DNA of 64,000 nucleotides from an uncultured Planctomycetota bacterium (GCA_963823665.1 CAWGMQ010000005.1:928001-992000); one strand, 5' to 3'; numbered from the stretch's first letter, positions 41,901-55,400 are shown. Program-made: numbers and translations. Notes: a model not told the origin generated them from the letters alone.

Positions 41901-44900
41901 TTCCAGAAACCGCGTCATCGTAGGTCGCGGCCAGCTTGATCGTGTAGGGATCAAGCACGATGACGTAATACGACTGACCGTTGGTCAGCCCGCCGATGCT
42001 CGAGCCGCCGCCGTTGTTGTAGACGACCTCCTGCCCCGTCGTCAGGCCATCGGGGGTGGCGAAGTGAATGGCGTCGCCGCTGACCGTGACATTCGAGCTG
42101 GGGTTGATATCCAGGGTGGTCGAGTCGGGGAGTGTGGTCGGGCTATTGAAGCCGGAGAGGACGAGGACCCGGCCGCCGGCGGTCACGCTTGAACTGTCGA
42201 TATAGGCCGTGACGTTGCTCGTTGGCTCGGGCACCGTGAAGGTTCCCGTGCCGGTCGAGGAGGTCAGGGGGATGATCTCGGTGGGGCTCGAGCTCGTGGC
42301 GTCACTGAGAGAGGGGTCGAGCTCAATGTCGGTCGAATCGACGGAAACGACGTAATAGGTGGTCCCGTCCTTGAGGCCACCGATGTCGGTGCCGCCGTTG
42401 CTGTGGTAGGTAACCGGCGCGCCCGTGTAGAAGCCGGGATCGCTGGCGAAGCTGAGCTCGTCGCCGTCGGTGATGACGGCGTTCACATCGGAGGGGCCGA
42501 ACGTGGCAGCCGGCGAGGCCATTAACGGGGTGAAAGTGTGCCCCGTGCCGCTGCCCAAATTAGGGCCGAGGGTGACGGGGATGGTGGGCGTGGAGAGGGC
42601 GTTTGCCTGGCTGGCGGCGAGCTCAATCCCGTTGTCGGGGGCCAGGATAATGTAGGAGCTGGCCCCCTCGGTCAGGCCATCGATGCTGGTGCCGCCGGCG
42701 TTGTCGTAGACCAGCTCTTCGCCGCTCGAGAGGCCGTCCGCGGCGAAGATGGCGCCGTTCAGTTCCTTTTGTAGCTCGGCGGCCAGGCCGGCGATGGTAT
42801 ACGTCCCCGGAGCCAGCGTGATCTCGAGCGCCGTGCCGTCCACGTTCACCACGAGGGTGTCGTTGCTGCTGGAAATCGTGGTGGAATTGGCGGCGGCGCT
42901 CGAGCCGGTGATCGAGGTGCTCGTGGTTGAAGGCGAGCTGCCGAAGAGCGCGGTCAAAGCGGATCCGCTCACCTCGATGTCGGGGGCCGAGCCAGGCAGT
43001 GGGACATTGTAATTCACAAGCAGCGTGCCGCTGCTCTGCGTGACGCTGAAGAGGTAAATCTCGTTCCCGGAGATCGAGGAATTCGTGGGATTGAACGTCA
43101 CGGCCGGCGTGGATTGCAGATTCGTAAGCGTGAAGGTTTGGCCCGAGCTCGTGCTGCCGGTCGAGGACAGGGCGATCGCCGTGCCGGCCGCGGCGTTCGC
43201 GCTGCTCGAGGCGAGCTGGATGTGGTTGGGAACAATGACGATGACGTAATACGTCTGGCCATCGACCAGGCCGGCAATGGGGCTACCGCCGCCGGCATGA
43301 TAGACGACCGCGTCCCCGGTCGAAAAACCATGGTTGGGTAAATCGATTTCGGTATCGACGGGAACCGGGTTATCCGCGGTCACGCTGACGGTCGTGCTGC
43401 CCGGGAGGATGCCGTCGCTGTACGACAGAACGTTGGGATCAAGCGGCGACAAGCCGCCCAGGTAGTTGTACGCGATCGAGGCGCCGATCGCGCTGCCGGC
43501 GGCGGTCCCGGCGATGCCCAGGGCGACCACGTACTCCGAGGCCGCCTCGCTCGAGTTCACCGTCACATCGCCGCCAGGAGCCGTCACGGTCGAGTCAATC
43601 ACGTGCGCGTCTACTGTATTGGCGATGGAGTTGATGGTCAGCGTGCCGGCGCCGGCAATGCTCGTGCTGCTGCCGGCCCCTTCGGCGCCCACCGCCACCA
43701 GGAGCGGGCTCGACGTAGCCGACAAGCTGACGGAACCACCGGACTCAACTGTGGAATCGGCGATGTAGGCGGTGATGGCGTTGCTGATTCGGTTGTAGCT
43801 GATTGAGACGCCGCCGGCCTTGCCGCTCAAGGAGACCGCCACCCCGCCGGCGATGGCGACGATGAGCGAATCGTCGCTGGCGCTTGAAGACAGCGCCGCC
43901 AGCCGTGACCTGCGAGCCGTCGTCGATCAGAGCACCGATCGCATCGACGATCTGGTTGACGCTGATGGAGCCCGCCGCCGCCCAGCCTGAGCCGAGACCG
44001 GCGGCGATGCCGACGTTCACGCCGCCGATCTGCGCGGTGGACTGAGACTTGACCGTCACCGCCCCGCCGACGTTCACTTTGACGTCATCGAGATAGGACT
44101 CGATGGTGGACTGGATGTCGTTGTACCCGATCGCTGCACCCAGGTTTTTGCCCGTACCGTTGCCGCCCGCGACTGCAAAGCCGATGGCCACGATGCCGGA
44201 GGTGTCGTTGGTCTCGAGGTCCAGGCTCACCGGGCCGGTGGAGGTCATTCCGGCGGGAGGCGCCACCTCGGTGACGGTCGAGTCCTGGATGTAGGCTTCG
44301 GTTTCGTTCTTGATCACGTTGACCGAGACCATGCCGGCGCCGGCCGTCGGCCCGTTGCCGAGCCCGACGAACCCGGTGATGGTGATGATCCGCGGGTCGG
44401 AGGTGCTGTTCTCATTCTGCGCCGAGACCTTGAGCGTGCCGCCGGTCATGTTGACCGTCGAGCCGGTGATGTACGCATCGGTCGTGGCGGGCTGGTTGGG
44501 GATGATCTGGACCTGGTTCGAGAAGCCGATCAGGTTCACGGCGATCGCGGCCCCGTAGCCCCCCGCTCCGCCGTAGGTGCCCGCGCCGGCCACGGACCAG
44601 ATCAGCGACGAGTCGGCGGCGGAGACGTGCGAGTCGTCCGCGAGATCGAGGGTTGAGTTCGTGACGTAGGCGTCGGTATTCGGCAGCAGGATGTTGATCG
44701 ACACCGAGCCGGCGATCGCCGTCCCGGTTGCTTTGGGTGCGCCGGAGCCTCCTGCGGTGATCGCGCCGATGAAACCGCCGCGGTCCGAATCCATGGCGAG
44801 TTGGTCGGCCTGGATGAATCCGCCCGAGATATAGGCCTTGGTGGTGCTGATCACGGCGTTGACGCCGAGCGAGCCGGCGAAGCCCGTGGATTTGACGGTC

Positions 44901-47900
44901 TGGGTATCGGAGGCCGCGGAGCCCGTCACCGACACGTCCTGGGAGTCGTTGGTGGCCTTGACGGTCAGGTGGTCGGCGCTGGTAATGGTCGGCGTGGTGC
45001 TGGCCGGCTCGTTGATCGCGGCGATCGTCGTGTCGCTTACGTAGTCGACCACGACGTCGCCGGCCACCGAGATGCTGGTCGTGGGCGGTGTCGGCGTGGG
45101 CGATGGTGTCGGTGTATTGGCGGCCGGGGGCTCCACGGATTGCCCGTCCGGCAGATCGATGCCCTCGACGTCGTCCCCCGCGAAGGCATCCTCATCCGGG
45201 TCCTCGCCGAGGAAATCCGAGAGTGACTGGACGACCTCGCTCGGGTCCTCCGATTGTGACTGCGCCTGGCTCTGTCCTCCGCCGCCGCCGGCCGGCGGCG
45301 CGCCCGAGGCCGGCTGCGGGCCCGGGTTGACGATGGAGCCCGCCAGGGCCAGGCCGATATTGAGACCCGAGTTCTGGGCTTCCACGGTGACGTCGCCGGC
45401 GGCGTCGATCACGGCGGGTGCGCCGGTGGGCGTGGTGCCGTCGGGCGCGCCGATGTAGGCGCTGGTGTCTCGCTCGATGACGTTGACACCGACCGAGACG
45501 CCGATGCCGTCGTTGCTCCCCGAGAGGGCGCTGCCCGCCACGGTGACGTTCACCAGGCTGTCGGCGGCGCTGACGCTTACATCGCCCCCCGCGTCGACCG
45601 TTGCCCCATCGGCGATGTCGCCGGTCGTGGTGTTCTCGACGACCACGACCGTCGCCGAGCCGTCGATCGCCGTCCGTCCAGCCTTCCCCGAGGCGGCGCC
45701 GATGGCGACGTCGAGGATATTCGTCGTGGCATCCACGCTGACGTTATGACCCCGGACTAGGGCGTCGCCGGCGATCGACGCCTCGGTCGTGTCCAGATAG
45801 GCGAGGCCGAGCAAGGCGCCGCCGACTCCGGTCCCGCTCCCAGTTGCGCCGTTGGGGGAAGCTGGGATTGAACCTCGTGACGTTCTGGAAGAGCACCGGG
45901 AGGACCCCGGAAACATTCAGGGTCTCAACATCCGTCTCGGCCTTTACGCTCACGTTTTGCGCAGCGGAGCTCTGGGCCTCGTCCTGGTTGATCTCGGCCC
46001 CCGAGCCGATGGTGGCTTCCGTCGTGTTGCTGAGGACGTAAACGTCCACCGAGAACGCGACCCCGTTGTTCGTCCAGTTGGCGGCCGACTGCGACCAGGT
46101 CGTGAAGTACGACTCAACGCCGAGATCGTTAGTCAAAAGGGTCGCCACACTCTCTTTGGCGAAAGCCTCGAAATTGGCGAGACTGGAGAACGCGTTCTGA
46201 GCCTGCTCCACCTGCGGAGAGATCGGGATCGTGGTCGTCGCATCGATCATCACGCACCCCGCTGCGTTGATGACGGCCATCGGATCGACGGTGGCCTCCG
46301 AGTCGTTGGTGAGGTAGGAGAACTGAATCGCGACGGCGCCGGCATTCTTCTTGCTCAACGACTGGGAAGCCTGGTAATCCCCCCAGCTTGGACTGGTAAA
46401 GGCGCCCACGTTGGCTAGATTGAGAACCTCGCCGGCCGCACTGGCGGTCAGGGCATCGGTGACCGACGACTTGACGGAGACGTTCCCGCCCGCATCGATC
46501 ACGGCGGTCCCCTCGATCGTGGCGAGCGCCGTGTTGGTGTCGATCGCCACGGCCACGGCGCCGGAAAACCCGCTCTTGGCCTTGTTCGTGGCTCCCGCCG
46601 CGGCCTGCTGCTCCTGCTTGGTGGCCCTCGCCTGGGCCGACTTGCCTATCTTTTGATAAAGTTCGCTCGACGACTGGGAGTACTCGGCCGCCGCGCTCGT
46701 GAGCGCGTTGTATGACCGGATCTGGTTGGCAGCGAGCGTGGGGGTGCCGACGAACCCGTCGCCGATGATGGAGGCGGCGGAGGTCGCATCCCCCGGTGTC
46801 GTCCCAGAGGCTGTCGGATTCGCGGTCGCCGAGACCGTGATGCCCTGGGCGGCGTCGATGGTCCCGGCGACGTCGGTTTCGGCGTCGGTGGACGAGACCG
46901 TCAGCGCGAGCACCAGGTCGAACGTGTCGAACCCGCCCCCTCCGAACGACGAGTTGTTGATGTCCCGGCTCGCCGTAGAGGTTACCGACACGCTGCCGTC
47001 CAGTGAATCGATCGTGGCGCCCTGATCCACGCTCGTATGCGCGGTCGCGCTCGAGACGACGACGACGACGACGAAATCCAGCCCTAATACCACCTGTGCC
47101 GCTGAGGAGATCGAGAGGTTGGTCGTATCGACCGTCATCGTGTTGGTGGCCGCGCTGCTGATGGTGACGTTGCCGCCCGCCTCGATGGTCACCCCCGAGC
47201 CGATGTCGACGGTGGAGCCCGACGTGGCCTGCGCGACCGACAGGGCGATTAACGCGGGGCTGAAAGTGTGGATGGCGACCCCCGAAACCGATTGACCCTG
47301 GATCGTCACCGTCCCCGACGCGATGATGGTCGTGTTCCCATCGATGTTGATGTTGGTGGTCTGCGTGGTATTCGCCTCTCCGCCGACGATCGAGATCGAG
47401 TTCAGGAATTCCAACACGGACTGGCCGAAAGGCGATGCTTTCGAGAGAGAATTATTGCTCCCGGTATTGGCGTTGTTGGCTGTGGCCTGGATCGTGACGT
47501 TGTCGCCCTCCAGGACCGTCGGATCCGCGGCCGTGCCGCTGATGTCGATCGAGGCGCTCTGGCTCTGAGGTTGGATCCCCGTGAAATAAAAGTCAGGTGT
47601 GAACGCCTCGACGTCGGCAGTGAGACTGATGTCGCCCGTCGTGTAGACGCTATGGGATAAGTTGATATTCTGCTCGTCGAGAGAGAACGTCGAACTGCCG
47701 AGGTTGACGCTCTGACTGATCGTGAAGTCACCCCCCTCGAACGAGAGAGCGGCCCTGAGCGAGGGGTCGACGGAAACGAGGGTCAGGTCGTCCGAGTCGA
47801 TCGTCAGCGACGTGGCGGGGTCCGGGACCGTGATGGTGTTGCCATCCTGGGCCATGATCTGCATGGTCCCCGACACGGATCCCGCCTGGAGTGACACGTT

Positions 47901-50900
47901 CCCCGACACGACGATCGTGGGCGTGGCGTCGGCGGCACCGCCGGTCGTGCCCTCGATCGTGTCGTTGCCGAAGTCGGCGGGGAAGACATAGGTGTCGTTG
48001 CCGCCGCCGCCGACCAGTGAATCGTTGCCCTTACCGGCGATGAGGATGTTGTCCTCGGTGTTGCCGGTCAGCGTGTCGTTGCCGCCGCCGCCGACAACGT
48101 TCTCGATCGTGTTGCTGGGCTCGAGCGTCAGCGTGATTCCTGTGGCGATGGTCTGCGGCGTCGTGAGCGCGAGGCTCACGTCGATGCTTGTTGTCTGCGT
48201 GGTCGAGAAGTCCAGGGTGGCCGGCCCTTCGCCACTAACGCCGTAGATCACTTCAGTGCCGTGATCGTCGTCGGCATTAAAAGCGAATGTATCCAGGCCC
48301 GCTCCGCCCGTGATCGTATTGTTGCCGGTGCCGGCGGTGATCGCGTTGTTGAGGTTATTGTTGGCGATGATCGTATTATCGCCGCCGCCGCCCTTCACGT
48401 TCGAGATCAGGCTCGCCGAGGCCAGCGTCAGCGTCAGGTTGGAGTCGACGACCTGCGCAGTCGCCAGCCCGATATTGATGGAGACCGGCTCGGTTTGCGT
48501 GCCCGAGAAGTCCAGGGTGTCGACGCCGTCCCCCTGGTTGTCGGTGATCGTGACGCTACCCAGCGGATTGTCGGCATCGAAGGCGAAGGAATTGTTGCCA
48601 CCGCCGCCGTCGATCGTGTCGCCGCCGGGGCCCGCGGTGATCGTGTCGTTGGCCGCGCCGCCGATGAAGCTGTTGACCGCGGTGCCCAGCGTCAGCGACA
48701 GCCCCGAGGCGATCGTCTGCTGGGAGGTCAGACCGAGGTTGACATCCAGGTTGGCCTTCTGCGCCGCCGAGAAGTTGGGCGTCACTGCCCCGCCGGATCC
48801 AGCCTCGACCACGTCGCTCCCCTGGTCGGTGTCGGCGTCGATGAGAAACGTCACGGCGCCGCTGCCGGGGATCAGGGTATTGTTGCTGGTCCCGGCGGTG
48901 AACGTGTCGGCCTGCCCGTTGCCCGTGACCGTGCTCGCGCCTCCGCCGCCAATCACGCCGTTCACATCGTTGCCGGCCGCCAGGGTCAGCGACAGGTTCG
49001 GCGTGACCTGCTGCGCCGCGGTCGACGCCAGGCTGACCGTGACGGCCGAGTTCTTCGAGGACGAGAAGTCGAGGGTCGTGGTCCCACCGGAGGCGGTCGG
49101 GGCATTGATGAGGTCCGTGCCGTCGGCCATGTCGGCGTCGATGGCAAAGGTGTCGTTGCCCGATCCGGGCGTGAATGTATTGTTGCCCGGTCCGGCGGTG
49201 AAGACGTCGTTCTGCCCGTTGCCCGTGACCGTGTTGGGGCCTCCGCCGCCAATCACGCCGACCACATTGTTGCCGGCCGCCAGGGTCAGCGACAGGTTCG
49301 GCGTGACCTGTTGCGCCGCGGTCGACGCCAGACTGACCGTGACGGCCGAATTCTTCGTGGACGAGAAGTCAAGGGTCGTGGTTCCACCGGAGGCGGTCGG
49401 GGCATTGATGAGGTCCGTGCCGCTGGCCGTGTCGGCGTTGATGGCGACGGTGTCGTTGCCCGTTCCGGGGGTGAACGTGTTCTGACCCGGGCCGGTGGTG
49501 AAGACGTTATTGAGCGAATCGCCCGTGACGGTGTTGGCCGCCTGGCCGCCGATCACGTCGGTGATTCCACCGGCCGGCTTAAGGTAGAGGCTGAAGTTGG
49601 AGGTGATGGTCTGGGGATTCACCTGCGAGAGGTCAACGGTCACCGGCGTATTCTCTGTAGGCGCGAAATCGAGCGTGTCGACTGCCCCTTCCGTGGTCTC
49701 GATCGTGACGTCGCCGAGCGAATTGTCAGCATCCAGGACGTAGGTGTTGGTCCCAGTCCCTCCCTGGAGCACGTCATTCGCGTCGTTGGGCGTGAACGTA
49801 TTGGCACCCCCGCCGCCGATCACCTGGTCGACCGTGTTGCCGGGCTCGAGCGTCAGTTTGAGCTTCGGGGTGACGTCCTGGACCCCCGTGTTCGAGAGGT
49901 CGACGGTGACCGCCGTGCTCTGGGTGGGCGAAAAGTCGAGGGTCGCCATCTGGGCGTTCGCGTTGCCGTAGATCTGGGTGCTGCCGTTGTCGTCGTCGGC
50001 GTCGAAGGCGAACGTGTCCAGTCCGGTGCCCTCGTACAGCACGTTGTCGCCGGTCCCGGCCGTGATGTCGTCGTCGGCGGAGTTGGCCGTGATCTTATTG
50101 GTGGCCGCGCCCCCGATGACGTCGTTGACCGTACTGCCGGACTCGAGCGTGATCGAGAGGTTCGGCGTGACTTGCTGGGCCGCCGTGCTCGAGAGATCGA
50201 CGGTGACCGGCGTCTGCTGGGTGGGCGAGAAGTCGAGCGTAGCCGTTGAGGCATTGGCCCCGGCGTAGATCTGGGTGCTGCCGTTGTCGAGGTCGGCGTT
50301 GAAGACGAAGTCATCCAGCCCCGAGCCGGCCGTGAGGACGTTATCGCCGGGCCCGGCGGTGATGGTGTTGTTCTCGGAGTCGCCGGTGATCGTGTTGAGC
50401 CCTGCGCCGCCGATGACGTTGATGATGCCGGGCACCGAGGCGAGGTCGGTGGCCGTCGCCGCGGAGAGGTCGACGGTCACGGGAGCGGTGTACGCGCTGT
50501 AGTCGAGCGTGGCGTTGTCGCCCAGCCCGGAGCTGATATTCATGTCGCTGCCGGAGCCTTGCATCCCGGCACCCATGACGAAGTTGTCCGTCCCATAGCC
50601 ACCGTTCAAGTTCGTGACCCCCGCGAAGCTGACCTGACCGTCGAGTGTGCCGGCCCCGGCGCTGGTGAGGTCCCAGGTTTGGGTGGGGTCCGCGGCGCTC
50701 GAGAGCGACGCCAGCGTGTTCTGACTCGTGCCGCCGGCGTCCTGAACCGTGATGTTGTCCGTCGATAGGACATCGCTGAGCGTGGGTGCGATGTTCAGCG
50801 TGTCGTTGCCGGTGCCCAGGTGCACGACAATCGCGCTTAAGTCGGTCAACGACGCATACTGGGTGTAACTCACTCCGTCGCTGCTGTACTCGATGTCGCC

Positions 50901-51116
50901 CGAGCTCACCGCCAACGTCAAGTTGTCGTTGAGATTGGCCGAGTCGGTGAAAGTGAGCGTCCGCGTCGTGGGGTTGAATGAGGGCGTGATCGAGAGGAGC
51001 CGCCGCGGCTCGAGCGACTCGACGCCGAGTTCGGCCCACCAGCCCCTCCGGCCGGGGCGCCGAGTCTTCCGGTTGGACCGCGGGCCCTTTCCCCACTTCC
51101 CAAGATGCTGATTCAT
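23966..51116 (-). CDS. Giant (about 9,000 codon) repetitive adhesin/filamentous surface protein, split into five ORFs by four frameshifts (near 45855, 43888, 39675 and 24678)
   Basis: N-terminal basic stretch plus ESLEPRRLLS export motif; RTX-like GGxGND and DFS repeats; long Gly/Ala/Ser/Thr/Val-rich tracts; the sequence reads coherently across the overlapping ORF junctions. Confidence 0.8.
30240..32700 (-). repeat. Nine repeats of about 90 aa (GGTFTI...YNA.A..VQ.AL..L.GV...V.G.GT..DPW.I.G)
   Basis: Nine DPW/NPW motifs counted in the 5042-aa ORF. Confidence 0.8.
40700..43345 (-). repeat. Seven repeats of G[FL].TG..V.Y..GGG..IGGL..G..YYVI...I.LA
   Basis: Seven copies counted in the 1446-aa ORF. 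Confidence 0.8.
48895..49495 (-). repeat. Near-identical 300-bp tandem duplication in the giant gene
   Basis: TDLINAPTASGGTTTLDFSS.KNSAVTVSLASTAAQQVTPNLSLTLAAGN occurs twice, 300 nt apart. Confidence 0.8.
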
Positions 51117-51149
51117 CGGTGGACTCCACGCGTCGAGGACATGAGAGGT

Positions 51150-51311
51150 TCAATATGGGTGCGGGCTCAAAGTGAACGCGAGCAGCGTGCGGTCTTCGAG
51201 CGCTTCCGGGAGCGGCCCGGTCCACCTCGTGAGCTTCGGCTTTTGGCCAAGAGCGCGCCGGGAGTGCTTCACCCGGCTTTCGGCCGGGGATCTGCGCCAG
51301 AACCTCGCCAT
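51150..51311 (-). pseudogene. 53-aa ORF consisting almost only of a planctomycete-type export leader
   Basis: MARFWRRSPAESRVKHSRRALGQKPKLTRWTGPLPEALEDRTLLAFTLSPHPY-stop. Confidence 0.55.
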
Positions 51312-51350
51312 GGTTGTGACCTCAACAAGTTCGAGATGTCAGCCGGTCGT

Positions 51351-51490
51351 CTAAGCGACGACCAACAAGGTGCGGAGCATCGCCAGATCGCCGGCCTGGT
51401 AGGGCGTCACCAGCACGGCGATGCCGAGTTCCTGCAGGACCGCGGAGAAGTTGCTAGTATGGACGCTGTGCCAGGGCGGCGAGTCTACAT
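51351..51490 (-). pseudogene. N-terminal remnant of a TIGR03032/DUF4915-like protein
   Basis: PWHSVHTSNFSAVLQELGIAVLVTPYQAGDLAMLR matches the family N-terminus as I recall it; stops immediately afterwards. Confidence 0.6.
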
Positions 51491-51760
51491 TCGTCGGGGA
51501 GCGAGGCTCCGGAGCATGGCAGGCGATCGCCCCAGGCATGTTAGAGACATCTTCGCGACCCTTTGGCTTGGTCGCTTCCGTCGTCGAGCAGGCGGAGGTA
51601 CCCGGCACGGCCGTCTTCTTCGAGTGCGCCCCAAGGGCGCCGAAGCAGGTCGGACCGGTTTCATCCCCACGATTACAGAAAACGGTGGCCAGGAGAAAAC
51701 CTTACATCGGTCGCAGCAAAAAGCTCTCAGCGTCCAGTCCGAGGAGGGTAAAATGGCGCA

Positions 51761-52343
51761 ATGAACGAGACCCGGCAAAGCCTGCTGCTCCGTGCCCAGA
51801 CCGGCGAAACAGATGCCTGGAAGGACCTGACGGACCTCTATCGTCCTCTGGTCCTAGGTTGGCTCAATCGCCAGGGCGTGCCGGCGGGCGATCTCGAGGA
51901 CCTGAGCCAGGACGTCCTGCTCAGCGTGGTCACGCACCTGCCCGGCTTTCGGCACTCAGGCCAGCGCGGGGCCTTCCGCGCCTGGCTGCGCACCATCGTC
52001 TGTAGCCGCACAGCCGACTACTGGCGGGCGATTGACGCGGGCACCCAGGCCAGCGGCGGCAGCGGCGCCACCGCCGCCCTCCAGCAGATTGCCGACCCCG
52101 ACAGCGAACTGAATCGCCAATGGGATGAGGAACACGATCGCTACGTGCTGCACTGCCTGCTGGACCTGATCGAAGAGGCGTTCGAGCCAATCACGCTGCG
52201 AGCCTTCCGGCGCCTGGCCCTCGACGGCGCCAGCGGCGCGGAGGTGGCCCAGGAAGCTGGGGCTGTCCGTGGCGGCCGTCTACGTGGCGAAGTCGCGCGT
52301 GCTTGCGCGCATCCGTCAGGAGGCGGAAGGACTAATCGATTGA
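51761..52343 (+). CDS. ECF sigma-70 factor with one frameshift near 52256
   Basis: ETRQSLLLRAQ...AWKDLTDLYRP, EDLSQDVL, GAFRAWLRTI; the C-terminus LGLSVAAVYVAKSRVLARIRQEAEGLID lies in a shifted frame. Confidence 0.85.
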
Positions 52344-52410
52344 CGGCTGTAAGGTTTTCCGTCCGGTTGCGTTTCTTTTCTGCATCGTGGCGTTGTCGTT
52401 TGGCCATCCG

Positions 52411-55400
52411 ATGAACCCAGACAGGCTTGTCATAACCGAGGCCGCATTGAACCATCCGGATGACGACGCGCTGCGTGCGCTGTCCTCAGGCGAGCTCACC
52501 GAGGCGGAGCTGGCCCACGTCTCCGAGCACCTCGGGGACTGTCCGGCGTGTTGCCACCGCATCGATCAACTGGCTAGCGACGATCGGCTGCTGGCGCGGC
52601 TCCAGCAAACCGCTGCCAGCCGGGCAGAGGTGCTTGTCACCCCGGCCCAGCGCCGCTCGGCGGTTCGCGCCTTGCGCCAGTCGCGCGAACCCAGGTCTGA
52701 CACAGGTACAAAAGACCCGGAAGCCGCGCCGGTGATTCTCCCCGCCCCCAGGCAGGTCGGAGACTACGACATCCTGGCCGAGGTCGGGCGCGGGGGCATG
52801 GGGGTGGTGTACAAGGCGCGGCACCGGGGCCTGCACCGGCTGGCGGCCCTGAAGATGGTGCTGGCGGGCGAGTTCGCGTCCCCATCCCAGGAGCTCCGGT
52901 TCCGGCTCGAGGCGGAGCTGGCGGCGCGGGTGCAGCACCCCAACATCGTACAGGTCTATGAGATCGGCAGCTACGAAGGCCGGCCATTCCTCGCGATGGA
53001 GTGGGTCGAGGGCGACAGTCTGGCGAGCCGGCTCGACGGTAAGCCCTGGCCGCCGGGCGAGGCCGCCGCGCTCATCGAAACCCTGGCCCGTGCCGTCGAC
53101 GTGGCGCACGGCGAAGGAGTCGTCCACCGGGACCTGAAACCAGCGAATATCTTGCTGTCCGTTGCCCGTGGTCCGCTGTCCGTTGTCGAAGAAGAGAAGC
53201 CAGCCTCGCCGGGCCTGGCAACCGACAACGGACAATTGACAACGATGCCCAAAATCGTTGATTTTGGCCTCGCCCAGCCGATCGAAGGCGGCCAGACGCT
53301 GACGCAGAACGGTTTCCTGGTCGGCACGCCGGGCTACATGTCCCCAGAGCAAGCCAGCGGGAAGCGCGCCCTCGTGGGGCCGGCGACGGACATCCACGCC
53401 TTGGGCGTGATGCTTTATCAGCTTCTTACGGGGCAACTGCCGTTCCAGCACGACAGCACCCTGGAGCTGCTGCGGGCGGTGACGTTCGACGAGCCGGCCC
53501 GGCCGCGCCGCCTGCAGCCCCGCACGCCGCGCGACCTGGAGGCCATCACCCTCCAGTGCCTGGAGAAGGAGCCCGGCGGTCGCTACCCCAGCGCCCTGGC
53601 GCTGGCCGAAGACCTGAGGCGGTTCCTGGCCGACGAGCCGATTCGGGCCCGCCGGGCGAGCGCCGTCGAGCGAAACTGGCGATCGCCGTGCTCGGAGGTA
53701 TTCTCGTCGGGGTGCTGGTTCTTGCCACGGCGTTCTCGCTGTGGCTTGCCGGCACGCGTGAGACAGCACGGAAGGGGGCTGAGCTCGCACGGTCGCAGGA
53801 GGCCGCGGCCCGCCGCAAGACCGACCAAGCCAACGTCGCCCTCCGCGCCAGGGACGAGCAACTGCGCCGGAACGTGTACGCCGCCCGCACCAGCCTCGCC
53901 CTGGCCGCCTGGGACAATAACGAGGTCGGGCGGCTTCGCAGTCTCCTCGACCTCCTGCGGCCGGATCCGGGCGAGCCCGACCTCCGGGGCTGGGAGTGGC
54001 GATATCTCTGGCAGCTCGACCGCGAGGATCGGCTCACACTCCGGGCCGGCGAGAGCCGGTTCAGCGACGTGGTGTTCAATCCCGACGGGCAGACCAGCAG
54101 CTCCAACTCCGGCCTCAGCTATGGGTTCAGCGACGTGGTGTTCAGTCCCAGCGGGCAGACCCTCGCCGGCCTCGAGCGGAACGGCCGCGTACACTTTTGG
54201 GACCGCCGCACCGGGCAATCACGGCGGACAACAGAGGTCACGACCAGAGACGAACATCCGGATCTGAGCCCGACGAGCGGCGCACACGCCCTCGCCTTCA
54301 GCCACGACGGCCGCCGTCTCGCAGGACCCGGGCCGGACGCGAGCCTCGTGCTCTACGCCGTCGAAACCGCCCGACCCATCCTCCGCTTCGAGGGTCCACC
54401 GGAAGCGATTCTCAGCCTGGCCTGGAGCCCCGATGGCCGGACCCTCGTCGCCGCCGTCTCGAGGCATGTCATGCGGGTCTGGGACGCCAGCGACGGCCAT
54501 CTGATCCACAGGAATTTCGGCACACACAAAGGCCCGGTTGCCTCCGTCGCCTTCAGCCCCGACGGCCGCACCATCGCATCGGCCAGCTATGATCGCACGG
54601 TCAAGCTCTGGAGCCTGGAGGAGCCACGGCGCCCGCGGGCCGTCCTCGAGGGGCACACCGACGAAGTCAGCGCCGTGGCCTTCAGCCCCGACGGTCGTTG
54701 GATCGCCTCCGCCAGCATGGACCGGACGCTCCGCATCTGGGATGCCAGGTCGGGGCGCAGGTCGCGGTGATCCGCGGGCACACCAGTTCGGTGACGTCGC
54801 TGGCCTACTTACCCGGCAGCGAGCAGGTCGTCACGGGCTCCGCCGATGAGACGGTCCGCGTCTGGGACACGGCCACGGGGCAGGAGCTTCGCTGTTTCAA
54901 GGCGCACACCGACACCGTCGCTCAAGTCGCCGTGAGCCCGGACGGCCGCGACATTGCCTCGGCGAGCCGCGACCGGACGGTGCGGGTCTGGGACGTCGGC
55001 AGCCAGCCCCGCCCCCGCACGCTCCGGAGTCCCTCGGTCCTTACTTACGGCGGGGCCGTGGAATGTCTCGCATTCAGCCCCGACGGCCGCCGGCTGATCT
55101 CGGGCCACGACGACCAGGCCGTGCGCGTTTGGGATCTTCTGTCAGACCGGCCGCCCCAGGTGCTCAAGGGGCACACAGAGTCCATCCGGAGCGTCGCCTT
55201 GAGCCCCGATGGCCGCACCATCGCCTCTGGCGGCGACGACAGCACGGCGCGGCTCTGGGACGCCGCCAGCGGCGAGCTCCGACTCACATTCACCGGTCAC
55301 AGCGACGTGGTCCGCGGGCTGGGCTTCACTCCCGATGGCCGAACTGTGCTTTCGGGCGGCCGTGACCGCACGATCCAGGCCTGGGACCCCGCAACCGGGG

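Noticed and set aside
47055..47073. (GAC)6 trinucleotide run encoding poly-Val
   Set aside because: Short and in frame; no evidence that it is a contingency locus.
23966..51116. Programmed frameshifting or phase variation of the giant gene
   Set aside because: No long slippery tracts or shared signal at the four junctions, and neighbouring genes are broken too.
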